Of a stretch of 64,000 nt of DNA, positions 41,008 to 55,035 are shown in pieces. This stretch comes from Octopus sinensis (Eukaryota), in the NCBI RefSeq assembly GCF_006345805.1, contig NC_043000.1:102734001-102798000 (forward strand), in the 5' to 3' direction. The notes under the pieces were generated by a model, which worked only from the letters and a program-made list of their open reading frames with translations, did no database searches and had not been told where the DNA came from. The position numbers and the translations under genes were made by a program. The first letter of the stretch is position 1. Each line of letters starts with the position of its first letter.

Positions 41008-41698
41008 TATATAGATATACATTATACATTTATATACATACATGTATATAATTTTATAAATATATATGTATATACACATAGTTACACACAAACACACATA
41101 CGTGTGTATGAGTGTCTGTCTGTCTCTGTGTGTATCCTTGTAAAGGTGGAGGAGGCAATGGAGAACAAGAAAGAGAAACAATGAAGTAATCACACAAATG
41201 CTTATTTCATCAGAATGATTGAATATTGGACAATCCAGGATTTAAAAAAGTAAATAGTTTCAATTAAGGTCTTAGTCACAACCCATTCTATGTATAATAT
41301 AACTATACATACACACATTAATATTTATACTATATTAGTACAGTGTGTGAAACCAACTGGTAAAATTGGCTGCAATGGATCTATAATACTGTGTAGTACA
41401 AATATTCAATGTACGTACTATACTGATAAATAGTCAAGTGCTGTTTTTCTGACTTATGGATTCTTATACACCTATATATATATATTATATATATATATAT
41501 ATAACACGAAGCTTTGTCAGTGAACAGGTCGCGGTCTCAAGCGACGAAAATATTTTGACAAATTGAATTTAAATGTTTAAGTGAATCTAACGGTTTTGTG
41601 TGTTTCTTAAATGGCTTATAAACACTTCCACACTGCAATTGTTTTCGTTCCAGCACACGATCTCAGATCAAGTCACTTGCTACGCAAGTACATCTCTG

Positions 41699-41739
<41 letters not shown>

Positions 41740-42203
41740 TATATAGATATACATTATACATTTATATACATACATGTATATAATTTTATAAATATATATG
41801 TATATACACATAGTTACACACAAACACACATACGTGTGTATGAGTGTCTGTCTGTCTCTGTGTGTATCCTTGTAAAGGTGGAGGAGGCAATGGAGAACAA
41901 GAAAGAGAAACAATGAAGTAATCACACAAATGCTTATTTCATCAGAATGATTGAATATTGGACAATCCAGGATTTAAAAAAGTAAATAGTTTCAATTAAG
42001 GTCTTAGTCACAACCCATTCTATGTATAAATATAACTATACATACACACATTAATATTTATACTATATTAGTACAGTGTGTGAAACCAACTGGTAAAATT
42101 GGCTGCAATGGATCTATAATACTGTGTAGTACAAATATTCAATGTACGTACTATACTGATAAATAGTCAAGTGCTGTTTTTCTGACTTATGGATTCTTAT
42201 ACA

Positions 42204-42206
<3 letters not shown>
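40741..42206 (+). repeat. Tandem duplication, ~731 bp unit x2
   Basis: aacacgaagc at 40772 and 41503. Differences are limited to 1-bp indels and TA lengths. Confidence 0.95.
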
Positions 42207-42237
<31 letters not shown>

Positions 42238-44013
42238 GTCTGGAGCAAAACGAAATATATATATATATACATATCTATATGTATATATATATAAATATCT
42301 TCATTTGTGTGTGTACATATATGTATATACATGAGTATGTATGTTTATATATATATATTTACATTAGATATATATATCAAAGCGTAGGCATAAACATGTG
42401 ATGAAAAAGTTTGCTTCACAGCCAAGTAGCTGCTGTTTCAATCACATCGAATTGTACCTGGGCCAAATGTTTCTATGTAGCTTTGGTGGAATTTGGTAGT
42501 GAAAAAAAAAAAACATCATACACACACACTTACATTTATGATGGTTATGAGTACTGGTGTAAACTACTGGTGTGTCAAACTGTTTTGTATCCATACATGA
42601 TTTCATAAAATAAGCACACAAACTGGAGTACTGGGATTGATGTGATCAACTAAAACCCTTGAAGGTGGTACTCCAGCATGGCCACAGTCTAATGAGTGAA
42701 ACTAGTAAAAGAATAAGGATATACCAAGTTCACTGTCTCATATATCTTCATCTCTGTTCATCACAGAGAATATTGTTTCACATGTTGGAGAAAATAGGTT
42801 CAGGCAACATCTAAATGTCGCTGCCATGTGGTTAAAAAGTTGGTTTTGCATCCATGTGGCTCCAGCTACATGTTCAGTTTCATGGTACAATATCCTGGTG
42901 GGGAGGGGGTCTCTTCTACTATAGCCCTGGTCTCTTCTACTATAGCCCTTGTGAATGAATTTGGTAGTAGGAAACTATAGGAAGAACATTGTGCATATAT
43001 ATATATATGTGTGTATAAGTGTATGTATATATATGTGTGTATATGTGGGAATATGCATGAACATTTGATATTTCATGGCTTGTGAAGACAGCAAGCTGGC
43101 AGAATGGTTAGAACACTGGACAAAATGCTTAGCAGCATTTCAGCTGTCTTTATGTTCTGAGTTGAAATTCTATCAAAGTTGACTTTGACTTTCATTCTTT
43201 CAGGGTAGATAAAATAATTACCAGTTGGACACTGGGATCGTTGGAACTGACTTACCCACACTCCCAAAATTGCTGGCCTTTTGCCAAAATTTGAAACCAA
43301 TGTTTCATGGCTTGTCACTGCTCGAATGAAATGGTGATGGTGTTTGTAGTCTTGTTGACATTACGACCAGCTGCTCTGCACTTTCAAAGGCCTTTGGAAT
43401 AAAAAATTCCTTTAGAGCAAAAGGTAAAGGTTGAGTGACAGGAAAATCACCCATCTGTAAAATCCTGCCTAAAATATGTCCCCATCCAACTTATGCTAGC
43501 ATGATAAACTGGCCATTAATCAAATCAACACTGGACAAAGGTTAGGATGTGGATCTGGAGATAAGATTTACCATAATCTAAAATGAGAATTTACTGCTAA
43601 TTGGTGTATATGATTTAATAACATTCATAATAATGAGAACTAGAAATAAAGTATTGCCATGGACAGTTAGAGAAAGAAAAATAGTCAGTTGCTGATGGAA
43701 TCTTAATAAAGTTTGAGACTGATCACTCTTTTTCTGCCTGCAGTGAGATTGCATAAATTAAACAGACAGTCCAGTGTTTTTTTAATCAAGTTTAATTAAC
43801 ATACATATACTGTGTAGGCTAAAACCAATAGATTTATTTTGTAAATGTTATAGCATCAAAGTTAAATTAATCAGATCCGTACTTAACCTTTTTCATAACA
43901 ACTTGCTCGAGACTGCTTCTGATTCCATGATACAAATTTTATGTTTTCAAGTGATCAAACTTTTTTGCAAAATTTCATTTTAGTTTTTGTTCCAAACTAT
44001 AAATTAAGATACA

Positions 44014-44402
44014 AGAGTGGCTGTGTGGTAAGTAACTAGCTTACAAACCACATGGTTCTGGGTTCAGTCCCACTGCATGGCACCTTGGGCAAGTGTCTTC
44101 TACTATAGCTCTGGGCCAGCCAAAGCCTTGTGAGTGGATTTGGTAGACGGAAACTGAAAAGAAGCCCATCATATATATGTATATGTATATATATTTGTTT
44201 GTGTGTCTGTGATTGTCCCCCCCAACTTCACTTGACAACCGATGCTGGTGTGTTTATGTCCCCATAACTTAGTGGTTTGGCAAAAGAGACCAATAGAATA
44301 AGTACTAGGCTTACAAAGAGTAAGTCCTGGGGTTGATTAGCTCGACTAAAGACAGTGCTCCAGTATGGCTGCAGTCAAATGACTGAAACAAGTAAAAGAG
44401 TA
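44014..44402 (+). mobile_element. SINE family A, strongly CpG-decayed
   Basis: Full length, with many CpG to TpG/CpA changes. Confidence 0.9.
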
Positions 44403-44824
44403 AGTAATCTTACTAAATTCTTCACTATTTTGAAAATTGATTAAAATGGAGACATTGTATTTCATTAGAAATATGGTACCAAAAAGGTTAAACAAATAGC
44501 TTCTAAAAGAACTTCAAATTAATTTTGAGCTACAAAAAAAAAAAAAACTTTTTGCCAGGCAGCTAACACACTCAGAAAGGAAGGCATGTAACATACAACA
44601 AAGGAGATGAATCATTATATCAGTAAGAGGAAGCATTGTAAATAATTAAACCTGGAATTGCTGAATAAAAGATCAGGATTCTGTTGTGATGAACAGGAAA
44701 GAATATCCTTTGTAAGAATAAATGATAAAGATACTTTTCAATAAGGAATAATTATGTTACTAATGCAGTTTGGCAACAGATTTTAAAAGGGCTCTAATGA
44801 AATATTTGAAACAACAGGACTTAA

Positions 44825-45045
44825 CCCTTTTGATACCAACCTGGCTGCAACCGCCTCTGGCCTTGTAATACAAATGTCTTGTTTGCAAAAGTCCGGAATT
44901 AAAATCTTCCACCAAACCTTAGTCACAATTTATGTTCCTAACACTAGCTTACTTATAACTAAGTTATTTTACTAAATTCTTTGTTATATTTAAAATAATT
45001 GAAAGAAACGCAGAGCATCTCAAAATAAATACAGTAATGAAAGGG
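44825..45045. mobile_element. piggyBac-type MITE
   Basis: TTAA-CCCTTT...AAAGGG-TTAA (44821-44824 and 45046-45049). Related ends near 43885 and 61042. Confidence 0.8.
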
Positions 45046-45574
45046 TTAAGGACATGAAATATCTTATTTTCTTAAGCTGTTTACAAATAATGCAGTTAAA
45101 AATGAATACTTTTGTTGTGGCTTCAAAGTATTCACGGGAATAAATTTTGCCCCATTTTATTATTACCTACAAGACCCTCTGTCTTGTTTAATTACATGAA
45201 ATAAATGAATGAGAATGTTTTTACTTTGCCCTAGAGGGAAGAGAATGGAAAAATAAGTCAGTAAAACAGTTATCTGAGCACCAGATTAAGCAAACTTGAT
45301 CTTTGAAGCCTCTGTCATTCACTGATACATTTAGCATTAATATGGAGTGTGTGTGTGCATGTATGTATATATACACATACACATAAATGTTTAGGCTTCT
45401 ACAGTTTAATTTGATTAATGTGAATTGTATTATGATAAGCAAAATAGTTGTCAATTGTTAAGTAAAGATAGTCTAAAGGTAAGACAAATGTTATGTTGAG
45501 GGGCACAAGTCATGCATAGAACAGACAAGCCAGGATGACAAATCCATACTGATAAATACATATTATTGGGGTAA

Positions 45575-45900
45575 CCAGAGTGGTTAGAGTGTCAGGCTCA
45601 CAATCATGAGGTAGTGAGTTCAATTCCAGACCAGGCTGTGTGTTGTCTTCTTGAGCAAGACACTTTATTTCACGTTGCTCCAGTTCACTCAGCGGTAGGA
45701 ATGAGTTGTGACGTCACTGGTGCCAAGCTGTATTGGCCTTTGCCTTTCCCTTGGATAACATCAGTGGTGTTGGTGTGGGGAGGGGGAGACTGGTATGCAT
45801 GGATGCCTGTTGGTCTTCCAGAAACAACCTTGCCTCGACTTGTGCTTTGGAGAGTAACTTTCTAGGTGCAATCCCCTGGTCATTCATGACTGAAAGGTGT
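45575..45900 (+). mobile_element. tRNA-derived SINE family D (cttgagcaagacact motif)
   Basis: tRNA-like head plus central domain. An inverted copy lies at 47965-48270. Confidence 0.8.
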
Positions 45901-46904
45901 CTTTAACCTTTATCCTTTTAATCTCAGTTTATTGCAATATCATTTCCTCTCACTGATCAGTTGAATTAGATCACATAGGGTTTCTGGGCTATAAGTAATT
46001 TATTTATTGAATGTTTAATATAGGAATTGCACTTTAGAACAGACTAGCTTGACAAGAAAGAAAAGCAACGGGGTACCCTATAAAAAAATTATCAGTGAAA
46101 TAAGCTCTATCTTCTGTGTCACAAGTTTGAAAAGAAGTTTGGCATCCATAAAGGAGAAAAGTAGTTGATATATCAAAATGAAGAATTGGAGAAAAAATTA
46201 ATTTTCTGAGTAGTGCAAGGACATTGTCAAATTGGATGGGTGTTGAAGAAATAGAGATAACGATAGCCAGGGCTAATCACTCAACCATGTGCGCTGTTCA
46301 GCAGATAAATGGCTAGCATGGATAGAGGTAAAGCCTTATTCGGCAAGCAAAAAATGGATTGTAGTAGTAAAACAGTGACTCCTCTATTTCAAAATTAATC
46401 AATATTTGTGTGTTGGCAAACTTAGATTAACTGTTTTTAATAATATATTCAGTCTTGGCAGTCTTGTGAAACAGTTTTGGTTTGTTTATAGTTGATTTCA
46501 AATAATAGCAAGAGATGATTTCCTCTTGAATTAATGGGAATGGGTCCTCACTCATTTTAATAAAAATGATTCCAGAATGCTGGAAGAAGCATTTTTAACT
46601 GCATAGCACCAATTAATGTTTGTGTCAATATAATAAACGATGAAAAAATGTTAGGTATACAGAATGAAAGAAAGGGACAGATGAAAATACATGATAGTAT
46701 TAGGAAAACAGCTAAAATTAGCTCAATACTTTAATATGGGAGTTAAGTACATGATTCTAGGGTCAACTCTGTTGTGTAACACATGGAGCAAATATTTTCT
46801 ATTATAGATTTGTGTCAAACAAAGCCTTGAGAATAAAATTTGGTAGGTAGAAATTGATTGGCAGCATGTCAGATTATGAATGTGTGTGTGTATATATTTA
46901 GGCA

Positions 46905-47300
46905 CAAGTTTAGCTGAGTGGTTAAGAAGCTCACTTCTCAACCATGTGGTTTTGGGTTTGGACTCAGTGCAGTACCTTTGGACAAGTGTCTTCTACTATA
47001 TCCCTGGGCTGACCAATGTCTCATGAGTGAATCTGGAAGATGGAAACTGTATGGAAGCCTGTTGTGTGTGTGTGTGTGTGTGTGTGCACAGGCATGTTTG
47101 TGTTTGTCCAAGGGACCAATTGACAACCATTGTTGATTGTTCATGTCCCTGAAACTCAGTGTTTCAGTAGAAGACACCGACAGAACAAGTATCAGACTTC
47201 AATATGAAAAAAATTATGTAATGAGGATGTTTCATTCAACTAAAACCCTCCAAAGCAGTGTCCCAACATATCCACAGTCCAATGACTGAAACAAGTAAAT
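46905..47300 (+). mobile_element. Old SINE family A-related copy
   Basis: Diverged head, core and tail, CpG-depleted. Confidence 0.7.
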
Positions 47301-47646
47301 ATATATAAACATATATATATAACTCTTCCCTGAAGATAGAGGCTGGTGTTATCCGATAATGGAATCAAGTTACAATCATTATTTTGGACCACTTTACCTC
47401 CAGAAACAGCTGTCGGCCTTGTAATGATTCAATCCCTTTAATCCCTGACATCATTCCTATTCTGTGTAAGTCGGACTTCTTTATATGTATACATATGTAC
47501 ATATTTTTGTACTAAATGTGTTCAATATTTTTTGTATATTGACTTACCTAACTTGCTTATCCCTTACATTTACTCCTCTACCTGCTCAAGTTCAAATCTC
47601 TTGAGCACTATGATATGTATTCGATATAAAGTTCCGTTTCTAACCT

Positions 47647-47685
<39 letters not shown>

Positions 47686-47717
47686 CACACGCACACATAT
47701 ATATAGACACACACACA

Positions 47718-47936
47718 CAGGGTGATTGAAAAGTAACTCCCTATTTTAAAATACTTATAAATTACTTATTAATTGTAATGATTTTCTCAAATTATTTTTG
47801 TGTTTGTTCTTTGAAGTATAAATAAAAGCTCATGCTGAAAGCTTTCCTTTCATATCCATTTTTTTTTGGTAAAAATTACAATTAACAAATAATTTATAAG
47901 TATTTAAAAATAGGCAGTTACTTTTCAATCACCCTG
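47718..47936. mobile_element. Tc1/mariner-type MITE with ~60 bp TIRs
   Basis: cagggtgattgaaaagtaact.cctatttt.aaatacttataaatta at both ends. TA on the right flank. Confidence 0.85.
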
Positions 47937-49174
47937 TATATATATACACACACACATATGAGACCCCCTTCAGTCATTATTGACTGAGGGATTGCACCAA
48001 GAAAGTTACCCTCCCAGGCACATGTCCGGGCAAGGTTGTTTATGGAACACCAGCAGTCGCCCATGCATACTGGCCTCCCCTCTCCACGCCACCAGTGTTA
48101 TCCAAGGGAAAGCCGATACAGCTTGGCACCCATGACGTCGCAACTCATTTCTACAGCTGAGAAATAAAGTGTCTTGCTGAAAACACAATACGCAGCCTGG
48201 TTCGGGATTCAAACTCACAACCTCATGATCGTAAGCTCGACGCTCTAACCACTGAGCCATGCGCCTTCACAAATTGCATAAGTATGTATTTACATGTGTG
48301 TACTTCCAAACAAAGAAAAGCTCTTGTGTTGGGTAAACAGTGATCTACTGGTTCAATACAAGCTTATTTGCATACAATCACAATTTAAAAATATATATAT
48401 ACACACATACACTCATATACAAAGATATCCATATGAGCACCACAAATAAAATACACATCTGTGCAAAAATAACATACATACCACGAAACAGAATTATTGT
48501 TTGTAACATGTTTATCTAATGTCCCCAAGCTTATATATATCAACAATAGAAACGAAAATACACGCACACATACACACATATGATGGCAGTATATAAAGAT
48601 ATTATATAAAGACATTGATGTAAGTATATAAAGATATATAGCAGAAAGAGGTTAATAGTTAAGTTATTGTGTGGTATTGTTGCTGCTGTCGTTTAGCCCC
48701 AGGTTAATCCTGACTGACTTGACAGACCTATTATCTATATACATAGCAGTCGTAACCAACTCCTGATATATCCATTGCTTTTTTTTTTGTTTTAAGATGC
48801 AATGATAAAATTCAAGGAAGGGAGAGATAGCTGCTATTTCTATCAACTTGAGCAGCACATTAAACAGTCCCTCCTTATAGTGTTAACATATCCACTTTGA
48901 TTAGATCTTCATACACATATATATACTCGCCAATCTTCTTTTCAAATGCATGCAACAAATGTATTTTTTGTAGCTGTTAACAACTCTTGGTCTCACAAAC
49001 ACTGCTGAAATAGGGTGGTGTAGCAAGGTTGGGACAATTCTATAGAGAACAGTCCAAGGACTGCAAAATACACAACAGTAATCTACATTGTTATTCATTG
49101 ATAGTATTAGAAATTATGTATGTACACATGTGTGTATACATACAACCTGGCAACTGGTGGTGGTGTTACACACG

Positions 49175-49425
49175 GTACTAATCATATGTCAGGCATGTGG
49201 AAGGGAGTGTAATTCGGCAGGAGGACTTAAACAACATGCAAAGGTACATGAAGCCCAGTTACAACTACAGCCGGCTATTACAGGTAAAGGTTTTAGTTGC
49301 CAATTCTGTACAAGACATTGTAGATCTTTAGCTGGGCCAAAAAGTCACATTCGATCACGGCACCAATAACAGTTAAGCTTTGTGCAATGGCCATACTCGA
49401 TAATGAGGGGGCAGCCATCATGTGG
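49175..49425 (+). mobile_element. RTE LINE extreme 3' end with two C2H2-like knuckles and 3' tail
   Basis: ICQACGRECNSAGGLKQHAKVH and CQFCTRHCRSLAGPKSHIRSRH, stop at 49367-49369. Confidence 0.65.
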
Positions 49426-50084
49426 GGATGCATTATGTATATACATATATTTTAATCGGCAGGAGTTACTCAAAGGCCCTTGATCCAATACAAAGTGACT
49501 CAAGGATTACTGAGTCATTTTCTAACATTTGCTAGGGAGGTCATCTGGATATACAAAACCTACCATACAAATAGTGGTACACATATGTAAATACATTTTT
49601 TTCGGTAGGCACAGGTATGGCTGTGTGGTTAGGGAGCTTGCTTCCCAACCACATGGTTTCAGGTTCAGTCCCACAACATGGCACCTTCGGCAAGTTTCTG
49701 TCGTGTGTGTACATGTGTGTATAAGTCCTTGTGCCTCCTAACAGAGAGGAGGGGAAAATACATAAATTCATGATTTGTGTTCTATTTATCTAGTTTATAG
49801 TAACAAATCTATCTGTCTATCTATACATTATACACATGGACACACACACATCTCTGTTTGTGCATGTTTGTGTGTGTCTGTATGTACATGCACATGCAGG
49901 AGTGGCTGTGTAGTTAAGAAGTTTGTTTCACACGGTTCCAGATACAGTGTTAGTGTGCCATTGTGGATGAATGTCTTTTACTATAGTCGTTCAAAGCTTT
50001 GTGAATAGATTTGCTAGGTGAAAACTCAGAAAAAGTCAGTGAGTGTGTGCACGTATGCATGTATGTATGCATGCATGTATATAT

Positions 50085-50840
50085 CTTTTACTTGTTTCAG
50101 TCATTTGACTGCAGCCATGCTGGGGCACCACCTTTAGTCGAGCAAATTGACCCCAGGACGTATTGTTTGTAAGCTTAGTACTTATTTTATCGGTCTTTTT
50201 TGCCAAACCGCTAAGTTACGGGGATGTAAACACACCAATGTCAGTTATCAAGTGATGGTGGGGTACAAATAGACACATAAACATATACATACTCTTTTAC
50301 TTGTTTCAGTCATATGACTGCGGCCATGCTGGAGCACCGCCTTTAATCGAGTAACTCGACCCCGAGACTTATTCTTTTGTTAGCCCAGTACTTATTCTAT
50401 TGGTCTCTTTTACCGAACCGCTAAGTAACTGGGACATAAACACACCAGCATCGGTTGTCAAGCACAGACACACAAACGCATATATATATATACATATATA
50501 CGCCGGACTTCTTTCAGTTTCCGTCTACCAAATCCACTCACAAAGCTTTGGTCGGCCCGAGGCTATAGTAGAAGACACTTGCCCAAGGTGCCACGCAGTG
50601 GGACTGAACCCGGAACCGTGTGGTTGGTAAACAAGCTACTTACCACACAGCCACTCCTGCGCATATATATATATATATACACAACAGGCTTATTTCAGTT
50701 TCCGTCTACCAAATCCACTCACAATACTTTGGTCAGCCCAAGCCTATAGAAGAAACTTGCCCAAGGTGGCATGTAGTGGGACAGAACCCAGAACCATGTG
50801 GTTGGTTAGCAAGCTACTTATCACATACCCACTCCTGTGT
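50085..50840 (-). mobile_element. Tandem cluster of SINE family A: 3' half, near-full copy (50290-50660), 5' half
   Basis: All in the same orientation. The middle copy retains CpGs while the flanking halves are more decayed. Confidence 0.85.
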
Positions 50841-51369
50841 ATATATATATATATAATATATATATATATTATACACACACACATATACATCATTATTTAA
50901 CGTCCGTTTTACATGCTGTCACAGGTTGGACGGTTCAACTGGGGTCTGGGAAGCCAGGAGGCTGCACCAGCCCCCAAGTCTGCATTACTCTGTAAGGTTG
51001 ATTTCTCAAGCATATATATACATATTCCATCCTGGATGGGACACTGGCCCATCACAGGTTACTCCTTTTTACGAGCTGAGTGAACTGGAGCAATGTGAAA
51101 TGAAATGTTTTGCCCAAGAACACAATGCATTGCCCGATCCAGGAATTGAAACCACAATCTTGTGATTATCAGTCCAACACCCTAACTTCCAAGGCATGAG
51201 CCTCGGCTGAAATATATAATGTGGCTGTGTGGTAAGAAGCTTACTTTCTAACCACATGGTCCCTGGTTCAGTCCCACTGCGTGGTACCTTGGGCAAGTGT
51301 CTTCTACTATAGCCTTGGTCTGAGCAGAGCGTTGTGAGTGAATTTGGTATATAGAAACTGAGAAGAAGT

Positions 51370-51407
<38 letters not shown>

Positions 51408-51409
51408 TG

Positions 51410-51865
51410 CAGTAATCACGTCATATCGCGGTTCACCTATCACACCCTCAGTACATTGCGGATTTTTCTGGCTAATATATTTAAATTTATATCGTGAACT
51501 CCTCTGTATATCATGGGTTTCTGTGGCCGATAATGTATTTATATTCTTTTAGATTTTTATTATTTCTGTGGTAAAATAAGCATTTTCATGCCTAAAAATT
51601 AATGAATAAAAATACAGTACTGCACTGTATAACATTTGATATATATTAAACGAAAATACATAGTGTAGTGTAGATGAATAAACAAAGAATCACACATACA
51701 GTATGGAAAATGAAACTTGGGATGTGAGTGTGTTTTGCATTTATAATAAAATAAATATATGCAAATTATAAAAATACACAGTAGAGTAGTTTCTACTTCA
51801 CGGATTTTCACCTTTCGCAAGGCTGGGGGTAGAATGTAAGTCCCATAATAGCTGAGTGATTACTG
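51410..51865. mobile_element. Tigger/pogo-like MITE
   Basis: TIR cagtaatcac / gtgattactg, TA on the right. SINE A 5' half (51218-51375) and 3' half (51895-52117) flank it, so it inserted into the SINE. Confidence 0.75.
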
Positions 51866-52673
51866 TATATATAAAAGTATATGTATATATCTATGTGTGT
51901 GTGTGTCTTTGTTTGTCCTCCCATCACCACTTGACAACCAATGGTGTGATTACATCCCTGTAACTTAGCAGTTTGATAAAAGAGACCAATAGAATAAGTA
52001 CTAGGCTTAAAAAAATAAGTCCTGGGATTGATTTGTTCAACTAAAAAAAATAACAGTTCAAGGTGGTACTCCAGCATGACCACAGTCAAATGAATGAAAC
52101 AAGTACAAGAATAAAAGAATTTTCACTGTACACACACCAAGGCATATAAATAATTTGTTCAAAACAATGTGAATAAATAAGTATTACATTTGACAGTAAT
52201 TTAAATGCTAGAGGTAATCAACAATAATAGTTAAAAAAAAAAACTCTCTCTAATTCCTTAAATTTCTTTCATTTTATGCTTTTTCTTTACCTCCATCTAC
52301 TCCATTACAGTATTGTGAAACATCCATCCCATTTTGATTACAATGTACACAAACACACTGTTCTTATGTCACAAACATTCTTGCCAATGAATAAATATAT
52401 TACACTAATAATCATGACATGACTAGATATTATAACTAAGTTATCTAGTTATTTACTTATTTATTATCATTATTAGCACTGTCGTTATTGTATCACCAAA
52501 GATTAAGTCGCTGACCTTTGGTTTCAGCTTGTTTGAGGCACATTCCTAGCAAGAAACTGTGTTGATATATTTTAGATGTTTACTGTATGCTGCAATCATA
52601 AAAGGTTACATATATATGATATATAAATTTATATATTCTTTTATATGTTTCACCCTTGAAGCTGTAGCTACCA

Positions 52674-52719
<46 letters not shown>

Positions 52720-52954
52720 ATATGTAAAAAAATACAAACTGGGACAAGAACGCAAAACATTTAGAAGATGATACAAAAAACACGGACGGGACATTCGAAG
52801 CCTTCAATCTTCAGTCAAGAACCGGATCATCCTCGCAATTTCGGATGATTATATATATATAATTAAAATGAGGGTGAAAAATTGGATATTAATTTGATAA
52901 CATCAATTTAACACCAGTGGTCTAGCATATTAAAAAACTGAAGGTTCAGTAAAT

Positions 52955-53203
52955 TATATTACATACATATGAGAGGGATGACCACTATGTGGACAACCCT
53001 AATGCTAGAAGTAGATCTGCGATGGTCTTACCACTAAGAAATATTCTCTAGAAAATTTAGCTAACACCAGAAATGTAAGTGAGCAAAACAAATGAAAAGT
53101 AACAAAAATATAGATTAATCATTTCTTAGTGGTAAGACCATAGTGGATCTACTTCTAGCAATAGGGTTGTCCACATAGTGGTCATCCCTCTCATATGTAT
53201 GTA

Positions 53204-53208
<5 letters not shown>
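52955..53208. repeat. 88-bp inverted repeat with 78-nt spacer
   Basis: 52955-53042 versus 53121-53208, 4 mismatches. Confidence 0.95.
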
Positions 53209-53235
<27 letters not shown>

Positions 53236-53986
53236 ACAAGTGTCAATTATTTCAACCAAACCAGTGTTAAGAATTAACAGTTAAGAATTATATTTTTTTT
53301 GTGAAAGGAAAAACATAATTCTAATACAAGAGATTAAAGAAATAATGAGTCCAACAAATTGCGTGAAAAGTTCCCATTCTTTTCATTCTTTTTATTATTA
53401 TTATTATTAGTTAGGTCTGGAGGAAGGGATTATACCCAAGACCTTTGCAGGCCCTCCAAGATAGATGAGGTGAAATTGTAAATGAGTTGGATGTTAAGAT
53501 GATATTTATTAGAAAAAAAAAAAAAAAAAAGTAAAACAAACAAACAAACAAAAAAATGAGGGTGGGTTTCTTTTCTCTTTCTTGTATTATTCATTTCATT
53601 TGTATTTTGTACATGAGCTATTTTCTAAAGCAAGATAAGATTAGAAAAAAAAAAAAATACAAAAAAAAATATATTTTGGTGGATGTGTTAGGGAAAAAAA
53701 AAACAATGTCAGATGCAAGAAAACAATAACAACAACACCAACAAAAGCTGCAGCTTATTATTGACATTAGTATACATGTGTGTCACAAACCTCCACCGCC
53801 ACAGAAAAAAAAAAAGTAACCCCACCCCCACCCCATACAACTGAGCTGAAGTTATTATATACAAAGGCACAATGATAAAAAACACCCCCTGCACCCCATT
53901 TTTTTTGTGTATTATTACATGTATTTTTTTTTTCATCTTCATTGTGGTAACAAGAGGATTCTGTAAGAGTTAAGTTGAGATTTTAG

Positions 53987-54042
<56 letters not shown>

Positions 54043-54214
54043 TGCATACATACTCATATATGTATATATATATATATACACATACATGTATGAGCATATA
54101 TATATGTATGTATATATATACATACATATATACACTCATATATGTAATATATATATATATATATTATATATATATATATACACATAAATATGCACATACA
54201 TACACACATGTATC

Positions 54215-54280
<66 letters not shown>

Positions 54281-54409
54281 GACAACAAAAGAATGAAAGA
54301 GACCTCAATATTATGTAAATAGAGGAATTTATCTGTATACATATATATATATATATATATACATGTCTTTTTATATATACACATGCACATACATATATAT
54401 ATCTGTATG

Positions 54410-54441
<32 letters not shown>

Positions 54442-54722
54442 TATATACATACATATACATATATCAACTGTTCATTCATACATACAACACACCACATATG
54501 CAGCTAACTTTTTTTATTATTCAATTTTTTTTTTCTTTCAAAGGCACATTATTATCATCATCATCATCATTATTATTATCATCATTATTATTATTATTAT
54601 TATAATTATAATTAATATTATTATTATTATTCCAAAAGACCTGAGAGGTGAATGAGATAGATATAAAACAGAAAAACGCTCAAATAGCTTTGGCTTTTAG
54701 TTTTATAGCTTTGGAAAAATTG

Positions 54723-54999
54723 TTAGTGTTTCAGAGTCAAGCCAGATCTCACTGACGATGAAGATGGAGATTCATTTGCTTCGGTCAAATGTTCAGATAA
54801 TCTAGAAACTGGGCTCTGTCTGGCTGAAGAAGTGGGAGGTGGTGTGCTACTGTGGGCGCTGATTACATTTGAGGAACTCTGTGAAGGAAGCTGATGTGAT
54901 TGCTGTGACGAAGATGATGACGATGATGGCGAGAGATGAGGGCTTGGATTGTCATTATTACAGTTGTTACTATTATTATTACTACCTCCACTATTACTG

Positions 55000-55035
<36 letters not shown>

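Noticed and set aside
37840-42206. CRISPR-like or satellite array
   Set aside because: Only two-unit duplications, with no repeat-spacer pattern, in a eukaryotic context.
48930-49062. Minus-strand exon-like segment with faint bromodomain-like peptide
   Set aside because: Good acceptor but weak donor. The similarity is unconvincing and no partner exon was found.
52783-52820. Further hammerhead-like motifs (here and near 6560-6590, 7068, 19200-19240 and 19968)
   Set aside because: Core or stems incomplete, so probably decayed Penelope ends.
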